64,000 nt of DNA from Euryarchaeota archaeon SCGC AAA252-I15 (GCA_000402775.1 AQSC01000059.1:4257-68256), one strand, 5' to 3'. Positions 9,823 to 19,934 are shown, counted from the stretch's first letter. Notes: generated by a model not told the origin, from the letters alone. Translations and numbers: made by a program.

Positions 9823-10367
9823 CGTTGGTTATTGGCCTAATCGGGCGCATCGCATCGGGGAAAGGCGAGGCTGCAAAATATCTGTCAGAAAAGTATTACG
9901 CCAAGACTTTTCGTTTTTCCGACATACTCAAAGACATCCTCGAAACATTAGGAATTGAGGATACTCGAAAAAACCTCCAACTTTTAGGGGAAACCTTGAG
10001 AAAATCATTCGGGGAAAACATTCTAGTAGACGCGATGCGGTCAAAGATTTTAAGGTCTGATTCAAAAATTATTGTAATCGATGGTATTCGATACGCTTCT
10101 GAGGCAAAAATTGTACGCTCATCCAAACCAAATTTACTATTATTCGTGGATGCTCCACTTGAAGTAAGATATGAGCGTGCTGTTTTGCGGAGTACTAGGG
10201 GGGAGTCGGATATTAGTTTGGATGATTTTAGAAAATCTGATTTCAGCGGTACTGAGGCAATGTTTGACGAGCTTGTGGGGTTGACTGATGTTGTGATTGA
10301 TAATGTTGGGGATATTGAAGAGTTTCAAGTCAAGGTTGACGAGTCTGTTAGATCACTTATTGCTTAG
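9819..10367 (+). CDS. P-loop nucleotide/nucleoside kinase (dephospho-CoA-kinase/dNMP-kinase-like)
   Basis: Walker A IGLIGRIASGKGE at the N-terminus. Small size. 4-nt overlap with the dCMP deaminase gene. Confidence 0.6.
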   Translation: MTLVIGLIGRIASGKGEAAKYLSEKYYAKTFRFSDILKDILETLGIEDTRKNLQLLGETLRKSFGENILVDAMRSKILRSDSKIIVIDGIRYASEAKIVRSSKPNLLLFVDAPLEVRYERAVLRSTRGESDISLDDFRKSDFSGTEAMFDELVGLTDVVIDNVGDIEEFQVKVDESVRSLIA

Positions 10368-10472
10368 TTAAAATTCTGGTTTTTCCATTTTTTTACGGAA
10401 GTTTAAACTTTTATAAGGTATATGTAATAGTTAAGTGTCACATTGATAAAAAATAATTGTTGGGGTGTCATA

Positions 10473-11327
10473 ATGTATGATAATGTGGCCTTATCAAACA
10501 ACAAAGAATATAATATCGAAAAAGTATTATCTCAAAGAAAACCCTTATCAGACACACATCTTATGCATTATTCCCGTGACAATACTCACCCTGTTAATGT
10601 CCGATATCTTATTAAAAACAACGACTTTTTCATCTCTGACCCATTTGAAGTTCTAAAAGACTATATTAACTCGATTGACAAGCGGCCTTTATTCATAGGA
10701 ATCGATGGTGGATCATGTGCTGGAAAAACTTTTTTTGTAAAAAAACTAGTCAAGAGGCTGACTAAATCGAAAATACACCACCACGTAATCAAAATGGATT
10801 ACTACGTAATCGGTAGGAAAAAAAGATTGCCTCCGAGTGAAAAATTCTTTGACATGAAAAAATGGTTTAAACTCACTCAAGTAGAAGAAGACCTTGAAAA
10901 AATTAGTGGCGGGGGCAAAACACTTTATATTCCAAATTATGACCACAAAACCGGGAGGGAAACAAAAAAGATAAAGCACACAATCAACAAAAACGATATT
11001 GTATTAGTAGAAGGTATGTATTCACTGGATGATTCAATAAGAAAGTACTTGAATTTAAGCATACTGATACATACAAATTCAAAAGTCAGGCTTCAAAGGG
11101 AACTATTAAGAAACACAGCTCGTGTGGATGAAACTCCAATATTCATTAAAAACCGTTTCATACTAGCCTCCGACCCATCTTACAGAAAACACTTCCGGAA
11201 AGTTAATCCCCACGCAAACATAATCATTGACAACAACGATCATAATCAACCGAAAATAATTCACATAGACGACCATATACTCAACGACACAGGATTAAGC
11301 TGGTATCGGACTGCGTTCTACTCTTAA
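10473..11327 (+). CDS. Uridine kinase/phosphoribulokinase-family protein
   Basis: FIGIDGGSCAGKTFFVKKL (P-loop), IPNYDHKTGRE and VLVEGMY motifs typical of the PRK/UDK family. GGGGTG SD lies 7 nt before the ATG at 10473. The gene is AT-rich. Confidence 0.65.
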   Translation: MYDNVALSNNKEYNIEKVLSQRKPLSDTHLMHYSRDNTHPVNVRYLIKNNDFFISDPFEVLKDYINSIDKRPLFIGIDGGSCAGKTFFVKKLVKRLTKSKIHHHVIKMDYYVIGRKKRLPPSEKFFDMKKWFKLTQVEEDLEKISGGGKTLYIPNYDHKTGRETKKIKHTINKNDIVLVEGMYSLDDSIRKYLNLSILIHTNSKVRLQRELLRNTARVDETPIFIKNRFILASDPSYRKHFRKVNPHANIIIDNNDHNQPKIIHIDDHILNDTGLSWYRTAFYS

Positions 11328-11364
11328 TTAAATATATTGTCAAACCAAGTAATACTGAATTAAA

Positions 11365-12084
11365 TTGAGATTACTAATTGATGAGAAAGGTAACACCTAC
11401 TTGGTAAACGGGAAATTCGACTTTCACACGAAATACGGATTCATAACCGGGAAGGACTTAAACTCGGCGAAACCGGGAGACGTATTAAAGTCGAATATTG
11501 GTCGAACTTTCAGGATTCTAAACCCTAATGTGGTAGACTACTTCCACAAGGCGAAGAGGGGTCCGCAGGCGGTAACGCTCAAAGATTGCGGCACAATCGT
11601 AGCGAAAACAGGCATATCCTCCAACTCAAAGGTTTTGGAATCAGGGACCGGATCCGGCTTGCTATCAATCTTTCTAGCAAACAGTGTTTCACCAGGAAAA
11701 CTCACAACCTATGAAATAAGGGATGATTTCGCGGAAATCGCAAGAAAAAACTTCGAAAGATTCAACATAAAAAACATCAACCTGAAAGCAGGAAACATTT
11801 ACGAGGGAATCAACGAGAAGAATCTAGACGCGATAATACTCGACTTGCCAGAACCATGGTTCGTCGTAGAACACGCGAAAAAAGCCTTAAAGGTTGGAGG
11901 ATACCTGACATCATACTCTCCCAGCATAACACAATCAAAAAAAATCCACGACGCCCTCGAACAAGACTTCGAATCAGAAACAATCGAAACACTCGAACGC
12001 ACATGGAACATGAAGACAGTCCGCCCAAACACAAGAATGCTCGGACACACAGGATTCATCACGATAGCAAGGTTTATGGGCTGA
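11365..12084 (+). CDS. trmI: tRNA (adenine57/58-N1)-methyltransferase TrmI (Gcd14 family)
   Basis: GPQAVTLKDCGTIVAKTGI, SAM motif VLESGTGSGLLSIFLA, ILDLPEPW. TTG start, with no in-frame ATG nearby. Confidence 0.8.
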   Translation: MRLLIDEKGNTYLVNGKFDFHTKYGFITGKDLNSAKPGDVLKSNIGRTFRILNPNVVDYFHKAKRGPQAVTLKDCGTIVAKTGISSNSKVLESGTGSGLLSIFLANSVSPGKLTTYEIRDDFAEIARKNFERFNIKNINLKAGNIYEGINEKNLDAIILDLPEPWFVVEHAKKALKVGGYLTSYSPSITQSKKIHDALEQDFESETIETLERTWNMKTVRPNTRMLGHTGFITIARFMG

Positions 12085-12122
12085 TTTTTAACTAATAAAA
12101 AAAATAATTATTAGATACTAAA

Positions 12123-12659
12123 TTGACATTCGACATTCACTTATACATTACGGACCACAAGGATTCGCTCCCTGACTTGCATACTCTTGAGCATTCCGAC
12201 GAGGTTATGGATTGGTTTAGCAAGGTTGATGACGTCTGCGTCCACCACGACCACTTCGACAAAATCGACGACAAGATTCTTACTGAAGCTCACAAGCATA
12301 AGATTCTCCAGGCTTTCGCAGTCATCTTTTATCCTCCCGGAGAGATGCTTGAGTCTGACGAGGAGGTTGGCGAGCAGTTAAAAAAACTATTTAAAGGTCA
12401 CAACATCAAGTTTTCTTGGAATCTCAGCGTGAATGATAAACTTCACGGCAATTTCTACGAAACCTACCTCGAGCTTATAGTGAGCAAGGAGGAGGTTGAG
12501 GATAAGGGGGAGGAAAAAACCGAGAAGAAGCTTTCACTGGCTGACAAGGAGAAGATGCGTTTGGGTGAACTCCATCCCGAGGCTGAGGAGGCGAACCCAG
12601 TGGAAAGGGATACTAGAAGTCTTGAGGAGAAAATCCTCGACAGACTCGACAGTAAGTAA
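12123..12659 (+). CDS. Hypothetical acidic protein
   Basis: Long ORF with coding-like composition and a Glu/Lys-rich C-terminus. No recognised motif. Start uncertain (TTG). Confidence 0.45.
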   Translation: MTFDIHLYITDHKDSLPDLHTLEHSDEVMDWFSKVDDVCVHHDHFDKIDDKILTEAHKHKILQAFAVIFYPPGEMLESDEEVGEQLKKLFKGHNIKFSWNLSVNDKLHGNFYETYLELIVSKEEVEDKGEEKTEKKLSLADKEKMRLGELHPEAEEANPVERDTRSLEEKILDRLDSK

Positions 12660-12924
12660 ATCTTTTTTAGGTCTGTTGTTGCTTACACTCTTGAAACTTA
12701 TTTTAGGATGAATTATAGCATGCCTGGAAATCGATTTAACCCTCAAAAGGAATTTAATTCTTTCCGACCACATACCACGGGCATTTCATTCAGTAACTGG
12801 GATTCCCGTGCAAGAAAAGGTTGCCTTTCATTGGGGGTTAGTGGGGAAACAATAGTTCCGAAAGTACTATTTTAATACCTGATCTTATTTACTTACTCAC
12901 ACTTCTACTTAACTCCAACTTAAG

Positions 12925-13326
12925 TTAATCTCTCCTTCTGTAATATGTTCTATGGAATCCTAGATATTTGAAATACTTCCATGTTCGCCTGTAGACGGTT
13001 TTCCAATCTAGCTCATTATAGGTGCATCCATATTGTCTCTTGAGTTTCGATGCCATATAGTCCAAACATCTATGTCCATACGCTATCCGAACATAGTCTG
13101 TTGCTGTTTCATGGTATATGGTTCCTATACTGTTCATTATCTGATCAACATAATCTCTTATCCCCGAATCAGAATGAAAATAATCCAAATCTCTATGAGC
13201 ATCAGCATATATCTTTGATCCTCTATCCATCCTTGCGTGAACAGAATTTCCATCAGTATCCGCATATATCACTCCCTTCTTTCTCAGATACTCATCAAAT
13301 TCCAGATGTCGTTTTCTTGATGGCAT
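12925..13326 (-). CDS. Hypothetical protein (133 aa, His/Tyr/Arg-rich)
   Basis: ATG-initiated ORF isolated in an AT-rich non-coding stretch. No family recognised. Confidence 0.45.
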   Translation of the reverse strand: MPSRKRHLEFDEYLRKKGVIYADTDGNSVHARMDRGSKIYADAHRDLDYFHSDSGIRDYVDQIMNSIGTIYHETATDYVRIAYGHRCLDYMASKLKRQYGCTYNELDWKTVYRRTWKYFKYLGFHRTYYRRRD

Positions 13327-13604
13327 TTACAATCACCTTTTCAACAGGATGTCAAATTGGTCAAGATTCTTCAGGGTTATTTTCATATCCATGGCTATGA
13401 TGAACTGTTAATTAAATATCCAATAGCAAATATATTAATTTAACTGAACCAAAAATTAGCTAAAAATCACTATACTGTGTTGTTGCTTTGCCGATTATTT
13501 CCCATTCGGAACTACTGTGGGAAAACCGAAAGCTTTTTATATTAGTTTGTACTTATAATATAACAGAACATTTAACTGAAAATGTATTCAATAAGGGGGT
13601 AAAA

Positions 13605-15707
13605 ATGAGAAATACTAAAAAATTGGACATTCTGGTTTTGATTAGTTGTTTTATTTTGATGGGAACAATGCTAGTGAGTGCTGAAGTTACAATCTCAACT
13701 AATATTGCTATGTCAGAGACCACAACAACTGTCTCAGCTACGACAACTACCATTCCACCGACCGAAACAACAACTTCAACCACGTACCCTTCTTGGGAAA
13801 CAACAACTTCAATCACGTACCCTACAACAACTTCGACTATATTCCCCCTAACAACTTCAACGACAATAACTGTTCCAGCTACAACAACAACCACAACCGT
13901 GCCACCAACTAACGAAATCCTCTTTTGTAATCCTGCTTGGATTAAACCAAATACTGGAGAATTAAGTTGTACATCAATAATTGATGTATATGCTAAAGTT
14001 GGTGAATTAGACAATCAAACAGTAACTATTTCTGATGCAGCACCTAGCATGGTTATAATGACACGTTTTGGCGAGAATTATTCTGGATTAAGAGTTGTTG
14101 GACGGAGTGATAGAGTACATGGAAGTCAAGAGATGTGTTTAATGATTCGTGCTGATTCAAATGAGGATGGCATATACGAAAAAGAGGTTACTAATTATTG
14201 TTGGGGTACCGTTCCATCAAATTATTCTTTTGACTCTAGTTTTGATGTTTCTGAGACAGGATCATCTATGCCTCTACTATTCTATCCTCCAACAGGTGTG
14301 ATAGCAGTAGATTATATAGCTCCGGTAATGACTACATTAACCGTCACTGGCCCATATCCAACTAACCCCCTAGTAGGAGAGTCATTTACGATAAGGGTAA
14401 CCAATGAAGCAGGAGACCCATTGCGTTTCATAAGAGTGGTCATAAGCCCCGGCCTGCACATAGCCACGTCAGATTCCGACGGTTACGCGAAATTCACGAT
14501 AAGTACCCCCGGAACATACACGGCTGCTGCGGCATCAACCCAATATGATGATGCAACCCCAATAAATGTTGTGGTATACGAGAGGCCCTCACTCTCCGTT
14601 TCAGTAGCCCCAACCGAACCTAAAATCGGGGACACAGTAACGATTACGGTGACGTCAGAAGATGGCGATCCAGTAAAGAAGGCGGATGTAAACGTCATCT
14701 ACTTGGGGCCTGAAGCGAGAGTGAACTACAAGGTCTTCTACGGAGACACTGACGAGAACGGAGAATACCAGTTCACTCCAACAAAAGAAGGTGACTACCC
14801 GATAACGGTTGTAGCGACACGCTACAGGGAGGCGGAGTTAACTGTGTCAGTAAAGTCCCGTGTTGTTACTACAACGACGGTTCCTGTGACAACAACTGTC
14901 CCAGTTACAACAACTAGCATTCTACCGACCACAACAACCATTATAGTTTCAACCACAGCAATACCACAACCAATTGACTCAGACAATGATGGAGTGACAG
15001 ATGATATAGATGCATGTCCAAACACGCCACAAAATTGTAATGTTGATTCAAGAGGTTGTGAGATAGACACAGACAAGGATGGAATCTGTGATGGAGTAGA
15101 TCAGTATCCAAGCGATTACGACAATGATGGTGTTGCGTCGAATATTGATTGCAACGACAACGATCCAAGCGAAATAAGAATCAAGGGCAATTGTGAAGTG
15201 CCGAATGTCATGGCACCGCACATCTACTCAAGAGTAGTGGATGCTGAAGTTGGCAAACCAGCGAGCATGATCGTTGACATACTAAACCCGATGGACAATC
15301 CAAATATTGAGGTTCAGGTTATGATAGATGTTCCAGATAACGTAAATGTGTTTGGCACAGATCTATCTAGTGGTGCGGCAACATACACTGGAATGTATAA
15401 TGTTCCACCAGGAGAAAGTTATCCAGTTAAGATAGAATTTACATCATATGTCGATGGCGATTACGGTATTGGAGTTACCTACCTGTGGAAGGTGAAGGGT
15501 GAAACGACGCTACATAAACTTACCGGTGTGAGGAAGATAGTGCATATCACACCTGCTGGAGTAACGCAACCACCGGCAGAAGTACCGACCAAGCCAATTT
15601 GGGAAAGTCCTATAGCATTGATAGCGGTTATTGCCGTAGTATGTCTTGGAATTGGGGTAATCCTCGGCATGAGACGGAAACCCCCAAAGGTAACTGTTGA
15701 GGAGTAG
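13605..15707 (+). CDS. Surface adhesin-like protein. Signal peptide, Thr-rich linkers, beta-sandwich repeats, thrombospondin-type-3-like Ca-binding Asp repeats, C-terminal TM anchor.
   Basis: MRNTKKLDILVLISCFILMGTMLVSAEV follows an AAGGGGGT SD. DSDNDGVTDDIDACPN...DTDKDGICDGVDQYPSDYDNDGV. C-terminal IALIAVIAVVCLGIGVILGMRRKPPK. Shares a near-identical segment with the ORF at 2-1441. Confidence 0.85.
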   Translation: MRNTKKLDILVLISCFILMGTMLVSAEVTISTNIAMSETTTTVSATTTTIPPTETTTSTTYPSWETTTSITYPTTTSTIFPLTTSTTITVPATTTTTTVPPTNEILFCNPAWIKPNTGELSCTSIIDVYAKVGELDNQTVTISDAAPSMVIMTRFGENYSGLRVVGRSDRVHGSQEMCLMIRADSNEDGIYEKEVTNYCWGTVPSNYSFDSSFDVSETGSSMPLLFYPPTGVIAVDYIAPVMTTLTVTGPYPTNPLVGESFTIRVTNEAGDPLRFIRVVISPGLHIATSDSDGYAKFTISTPGTYTAAAASTQYDDATPINVVVYERPSLSVSVAPTEPKIGDTVTITVTSEDGDPVKKADVNVIYLGPEARVNYKVFYGDTDENGEYQFTPTKEGDYPITVVATRYREAELTVSVKSRVVTTTTVPVTTTVPVTTTSILPTTTTIIVSTTAIPQPIDSDNDGVTDDIDACPNTPQNCNVDSRGCEIDTDKDGICDGVDQYPSDYDNDGVASNIDCNDNDPSEIRIKGNCEVPNVMAPHIYSRVVDAEVGKPASMIVDILNPMDNPNIEVQVMIDVPDNVNVFGTDLSSGAATYTGMYNVPPGESYPVKIEFTSYVDGDYGIGVTYLWKVKGETTLHKLTGVRKIVHITPAGVTQPPAEVPTKPIWESPIALIAVIAVVCLGIGVILGMRRKPPKVTVEE

Positions 15708-15711
15708 AACA

Positions 15712-16311
15712 GTGAAGAAGATAACTCTTGAGGGAGAGGGAGAACTGAGAATAAAACGAAAGCGAGGAAAAGTTACAATAATCAGGAAGGAGGGTTTTTA
15801 TCTATCCCCAAAAATGCTGAATTACATGCAAATTAGGACAGAGGGCGTGTTTAGACCAGGTCAAAAGGACATTGAGGTTGTTTATGCGTTATCTGGAACA
15901 CACATGAAACCAGACAGACTACATACGTTTGCGAGCAAACTCTTGCTCTATGACTCTAATACAGAAGAGGCTAAGGTAAATGTATCAGATATCTTGAGTC
16001 ATGTAATTGATGAACCAAGAAAAGACACGCCAGAGTTGCTTATAATCGTTCATACACACCCTGAAGGAATACCGGAGCCCAGCGAATACGACCTAGAGTT
16101 TTTCAGGTCAAGCGAGAAGGCAATAAAGAAAGAATTTCCTAAAATGAAGGTATTATATGGTGTGCATGCGATTAGTGGGGGCGATCGTCCTATAGGGCAG
16201 AAAGAACCAGAGAGAGTTAAGCTAAATACTGTAAAGTGGAGCAGCATAACCCATGAACATGAAGTTAGTTTTTACAATTCAGGTGGAAAAACTGTCGAGG
16301 TGGTAATATGA
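15712..16311 (+). CDS. JAB/MPN (JAMM) metalloprotease-domain protein
   Basis: Exact JAMM spacing H-T-H-PEGIPEP-S-EY-D (HxHx7Sx2D) in LLIIVHTHPEGIPEPSEYDLEFF. A GTG start just after the upstream stop is assumed. Confidence 0.7.
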   Translation: MKKITLEGEGELRIKRKRGKVTIIRKEGFYLSPKMLNYMQIRTEGVFRPGQKDIEVVYALSGTHMKPDRLHTFASKLLLYDSNTEEAKVNVSDILSHVIDEPRKDTPELLIIVHTHPEGIPEPSEYDLEFFRSSEKAIKKEFPKMKVLYGVHAISGGDRPIGQKEPERVKLNTVKWSSITHEHEVSFYNSGGKTVEVVI

Positions 16312-16817
16312 GCAATATTGAAAAGTTAATGGAATTGCTAAAGACGAAAGGCGAAAAAGGTGAAGAACTTGCAGGAAAAATTAACTCTTTGTTAGCTAAT
16401 GAGCAATCTGAAGAAATTTTTCTGGCACGTCTAAATGAAATACGGAAAGAAATTTTTACCCTAAAGCAGGAGATAATAATCAGTGCAAAAGAAAAGGCTA
16501 TCAGAGGTTATGTCTTAGAACAAAAGAAACCACCAACTACAAGTGAGATATCCAAAGCATTGGGTAAGAAGTACAAGAGCTTACAACATAGGACACACGC
16601 ATCTGTGGTTGTAAACTCATTAACAGGTAAAGGAGTGCTAGGAAAATTCAGGATAGGCCACAGTTATTACTTTACAAGCCCGGAGGGGGCTGTGAAACAG
16701 GTGATTGCCCAACGAAATGAGATACCAGAAGATTGTAATAGAGTTAAAGTGAGTGTGGAAACAGGATTACCACTGGCTACAATAAATTCAATATTAAAGA
16801 GACTGATGGTGGGCTAG
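16308..16817 (+). CDS. Coiled-coil plus winged-helix DNA-binding-like protein
   Basis: 4-nt overlap with the JAB gene. N-terminal heptad-like region, then TTSEISKALGKKYKSLQHRTHASVVVNSLTGKGVLGKF (wHTH-like). Confidence 0.5.
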   Translation: MSNIEKLMELLKTKGEKGEELAGKINSLLANEQSEEIFLARLNEIRKEIFTLKQEIIISAKEKAIRGYVLEQKKPPTTSEISKALGKKYKSLQHRTHASVVVNSLTGKGVLGKFRIGHSYYFTSPEGAVKQVIAQRNEIPEDCNRVKVSVETGLPLATINSILKRLMVG

Positions 16818-16874
16818 AAAAAGGGTTCCTTTTGGAAAATTTTTACAATTGATTGAAAGAAATGATTGACTCGA

Positions 16875-17927
16875 TCAGTAACTCAGATTCTCCCAGTATT
16901 TGTCTCCACTAATCCTTTCTCCCACGTCGACGTCGTAGAATCCTCCCACAGGCTCAAGGTGTTCTGGAGTATTCTCCCATACCGTCCTAAGCGCGCTTCG
17001 CACCATCTCAACTCCCTTTTTCGTAAGCTTTCCCAATGGCCTCTTACACGTTAACTCTTGCATTCCAAGCCCGCACATCATGGTTTTCACTGGAACCGGG
17101 TTCGGAAACTTGTAGGTGGTTTTCACGGTGCTTCCGTCAGGGAGTGTTATCTCCTCTTCGGTTGAGATGCCGACTACATTGAAAAGCGGTTGTAGTGCGT
17201 TGTCGATTATACGGGCATCATCAATCTTTCCGGCAAGTATCTGTCGAACGTATTTTTCAATCGCACCTGGAGTAATATTCGAAATAACAGAGATCACTCC
17301 AGAAGCGCTAATACCCTCGTCAGTCATCATGGAAAAAGTGTTCGGGTCATCGCCAGACAATATGTTGAAGTCGTCGTCCATAAGTTTCCTAGTCCAAATC
17401 ATCCGATCAAAATCACCAGTAGCCTCCTTAACAGCCACGATATTTGAGTGCTCACTCCTAAGTATCGCAAGATCCTCGGGCTTTAAGGCTGTAACACTTC
17501 TTCCAGGAATGACATAAGGTATGATATCCAAGTCGGGGAATTTCTCCGCGACAGTCGAGTAATACTCCCTCCTAAGCCAAAGGCTTCCAGGCTTGTTGTA
17601 GTAGCAGTCTACGAGCAAAACCGCGTCAACTCCACAATCCAAAGCCTTCCCGGTTTCGTAAACTGCTTCATCAGTGGAATTAGACCCAGTACCAGCCAAA
17701 ACGAGAGCCTTCCCTGAAGCAAGTTCACTTACCTTCTCAATGACTTGAGCGTGCTCTTCATGGGTGACTGTTGCAGACTCGCCAGTGGTTCCCATGGGAA
17801 GTAGCCCGGTCAAACCCTCTTTTACCTGAAAGGCCACGTTCCTTCCAAGCTGATTCCAGTCAACCGTATGATCGTCTTTGAATGGGGTCACAAGCGCCGT
17901 CCAGCATCCAGTGTACTTGTCGTTCAT
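16875..17927 (-). CDS. dapA: 4-hydroxy-tetrahydrodipicolinate synthase family (DapA-like) with C-terminal extension
   Basis: GLLPMGTTGESATVTHEEH, KALVLAGTGSNSTDEAV and IVAVKEATGD match class I aldolase DapA motifs. Confidence 0.8.
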   Translation of the reverse strand: MNDKYTGCWTALVTPFKDDHTVDWNQLGRNVAFQVKEGLTGLLPMGTTGESATVTHEEHAQVIEKVSELASGKALVLAGTGSNSTDEAVYETGKALDCGVDAVLLVDCYYNKPGSLWLRREYYSTVAEKFPDLDIIPYVIPGRSVTALKPEDLAILRSEHSNIVAVKEATGDFDRMIWTRKLMDDDFNILSGDDPNTFSMMTDEGISASGVISVISNITPGAIEKYVRQILAGKIDDARIIDNALQPLFNVVGISTEEEITLPDGSTVKTTYKFPNPVPVKTMMCGLGMQELTCKRPLGKLTKKGVEMVRSALRTVWENTPEHLEPVGGFYDVDVGERISGDKYWENLSY

Positions 17928-18079
17928 TCCTCAGCCTCTTTACTGTGTTTCATGCGATACAATATGATCGGTAATACTCCCCCGCGAAGGTCGTCAAATT
18001 CTTCTGCAGTAAGATTTAGGATTCTATCTCCCTCCTTGAGCAGCCAATCACCAGTATCCTTATTCTCAAAGATTTCCAT
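17924..18079 (-). CDS. Small ORF (51 aa) translationally coupled to dapA
   Basis: MEIFENKDTGDWLLKEGDRILNLTAEEFDDLRGGVLPIILYRMKHSKEAEE. Its stop overlaps the dapA ATG (GAGGAATGA). The longer ORF-track version runs antisense into glmS. Confidence 0.35.
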   Translation of the reverse strand: MEIFENKDTGDWLLKEGDRILNLTAEEFDDLRGGVLPIILYRMKHSKEAEE

Positions 18080-18161
18080 GAAATCCCCTCCTAAAGCATT
18101 AGCTTTGGGAGTATAAAATAAGGTCGTTTTTAAAATACGCAACCACCATATATTAAGCGAA

Positions 18162-19934
18162 ATGTGTGGGATAGCTGGATACGTTGGTGGGAAGAATGCA
18201 CCTGAAATACTTTTTGACATGCTAAAGCGCTTGGAATATCGGGGGTATGATTCAGCTGGTATTGCGTGCATCACTGGGGAAGAAATCATCATACCAAAAG
18301 ATAAGGGGAAGGTTGATGAAGTTCGAAGTAAAATCAAGCCCGAGGAATTAGATTCGAAAATTGGGGCGGGCCACACCCGTTGGGCAACACACGGCCGACC
18401 ATCACAACTTAATGCACACCCCCACTTAAGTCAAGACCGGAAAATTGCTGTGGTACACAACGGCATTATTGAAAACTTTCAGGAATTAAAAGAGGAGCTT
18501 ATAAAACACGGCTTTAAGTTCCAATCCGAAACTGATACCGAGGTTATCGCACACTTGATTGAACTTTATTACGAGGGGGACTTGCTCGCCGCTTTTAAGA
18601 AGGCTCTTCACCGGCTCCACGGGAGCTTTGCGTTGACTGTGATTTCACTGCACGAGCCCGATAAAATCCTGGTGGCACGAAACGAAAGCCCGCTCCTACT
18701 AGGTGTGGGCAAGCAAGAAAACTACGTAGCCTCTGATGCGCCCGCATTTTTACCTTATACTAAAAAATTGGTCATTTTAGAGGATATGGACTACGGAGTA
18801 ATCACGAAAAAATCCATCGAATTGTGGAATTTATCAACGGGTAAGAGAATCAAACCCAGAGTCGAAGAGATTAAATGGGATGTTGCGGAAGCGGAAAAAG
18901 GCGGTTTCCACCACTTTATGCTCAAGGAAATCATGGAGGAGGCTGACGCGGCAAAAAAAGCATTCAGTGGGCTAAGAGACTGTGTCAATGAAATTACTAC
19001 TGAGCTTACCGCTAGAAAGCGTATCTATCTCGTCGCATGCGGTACCGCTTACTATGCCAGTATGGTCGGTAAATATACTCTCGAAAACTTTGGCATTCAG
19101 GCAGAATCAGTCGTCGCATCTGAATTCAGGTACTCCACATTAAACACGATTGATGATAATTGTGCCGTAATCGCGATATCACAGTCTGGGGAAACTGCAG
19201 ATACGTTAGCCGCGGTCAAGGGTGCGAAATCGCGCGGAGCTTATGTTGTGGGCATCATCAATGTAGTGGGTTCTTCGCTCACCCGTATAGCCGATAAAAC
19301 AATCTACATCCACTCCGGCCCTGAGATAGGAGTAGCATCCTCGAAGGCTTACATAGGCCAGCTTGTCTGCCTTATTGGTTTAACCTTAAGTGTTGCCCTG
19401 CAAAAAAAAGCAATTTCTGAAGTGGAAGCCAAGGCGCATCTTAAGGAGTTGTCGGAAATCCACGAAAAAATATCCCTTATCTTGGGTGACGACAGCATCA
19501 AGGATCTTGCAGAAAAATACGCAAACACTAAAACTTTTTTCTACATCGGACGCAAACAAAACTACCCGACAGCATTGGAAGGCGCCCACAAGCTAAAAGA
19601 GATCAGTTATGTTCATGCCGAAGCATATCCTGCGGGGGAGTTAAAGCACGGCGCCAACGCACTACTTGAGTCTGAAGTAGTCGTTATCGCAGTATTGTCT
19701 ACTGACGAGCTCGGAAAGAAAATGCAATCCAACATCCAGGAGATGGCAGCTCGGGGAGCTTCCGTTTTGACCGTGGGGCCTAAGGGCGTCTTCAAGGTCC
19801 CTGAAGTGAATCCCTTGTTCGCACCCATACTGGATATAGTCCCCCTCCACTTGTTCGCCTACTATATTTCAGTGCTTAAGGGATTAGACCCGGACAAGCC
19901 GAGAAACCTCGCCAAGAGTGTAACTGTCGAATGA
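18162..19934 (+). CDS. glmS: Glutamine--fructose-6-phosphate aminotransferase
   Basis: N-terminal MCGIAGYVG (Ntn Cys). Two SIS domains (ISQSGETADT). C-terminal KPRNLAKSVTVE. Confidence 0.95.
   Translation: MCGIAGYVGGKNAPEILFDMLKRLEYRGYDSAGIACITGEEIIIPKDKGKVDEVRSKIKPEELDSKIGAGHTRWATHGRPSQLNAHPHLSQDRKIAVVHNGIIENFQELKEELIKHGFKFQSETDTEVIAHLIELYYEGDLLAAFKKALHRLHGSFALTVISLHEPDKILVARNESPLLLGVGKQENYVASDAPAFLPYTKKLVILEDMDYGVITKKSIELWNLSTGKRIKPRVEEIKWDVAEAEKGGFHHFMLKEIMEEADAAKKAFSGLRDCVNEITTELTARKRIYLVACGTAYYASMVGKYTLENFGIQAESVVASEFRYSTLNTIDDNCAVIAISQSGETADTLAAVKGAKSRGAYVVGIINVVGSSLTRIADKTIYIHSGPEIGVASSKAYIGQLVCLIGLTLSVALQKKAISEVEAKAHLKELSEIHEKISLILGDDSIKDLAEKYANTKTFFYIGRKQNYPTALEGAHKLKEISYVHAEAYPAGELKHGANALLESEVVVIAVLSTDELGKKMQSNIQEMAARGASVLTVGPKGVFKVPEVNPLFAPILDIVPLHLFAYYISVLKGLDPDKPRNLAKSVTVE

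Noticed and set aside
13553-14014. 153-aa minus-strand ORF (V/G-rich), plus similar antisense ORFs at 8688-8972, 14822-15076, 14941-15168 and 63533-63748
   Set aside because: They are mirror images of Thr/Ser- or Lys-rich repeat coding regions on the other strand. They are low-complexity, lack an SD and are fully nested in well-supported genes.
17924-18376. 150-aa ORF spanning the dapA-glmS intergenic region
   Set aside because: Its N-terminal 100 aa run antisense over the glmS start and promoter. Only the last 51 codons (from ATG 18079) are kept, as a low-confidence small ORF.
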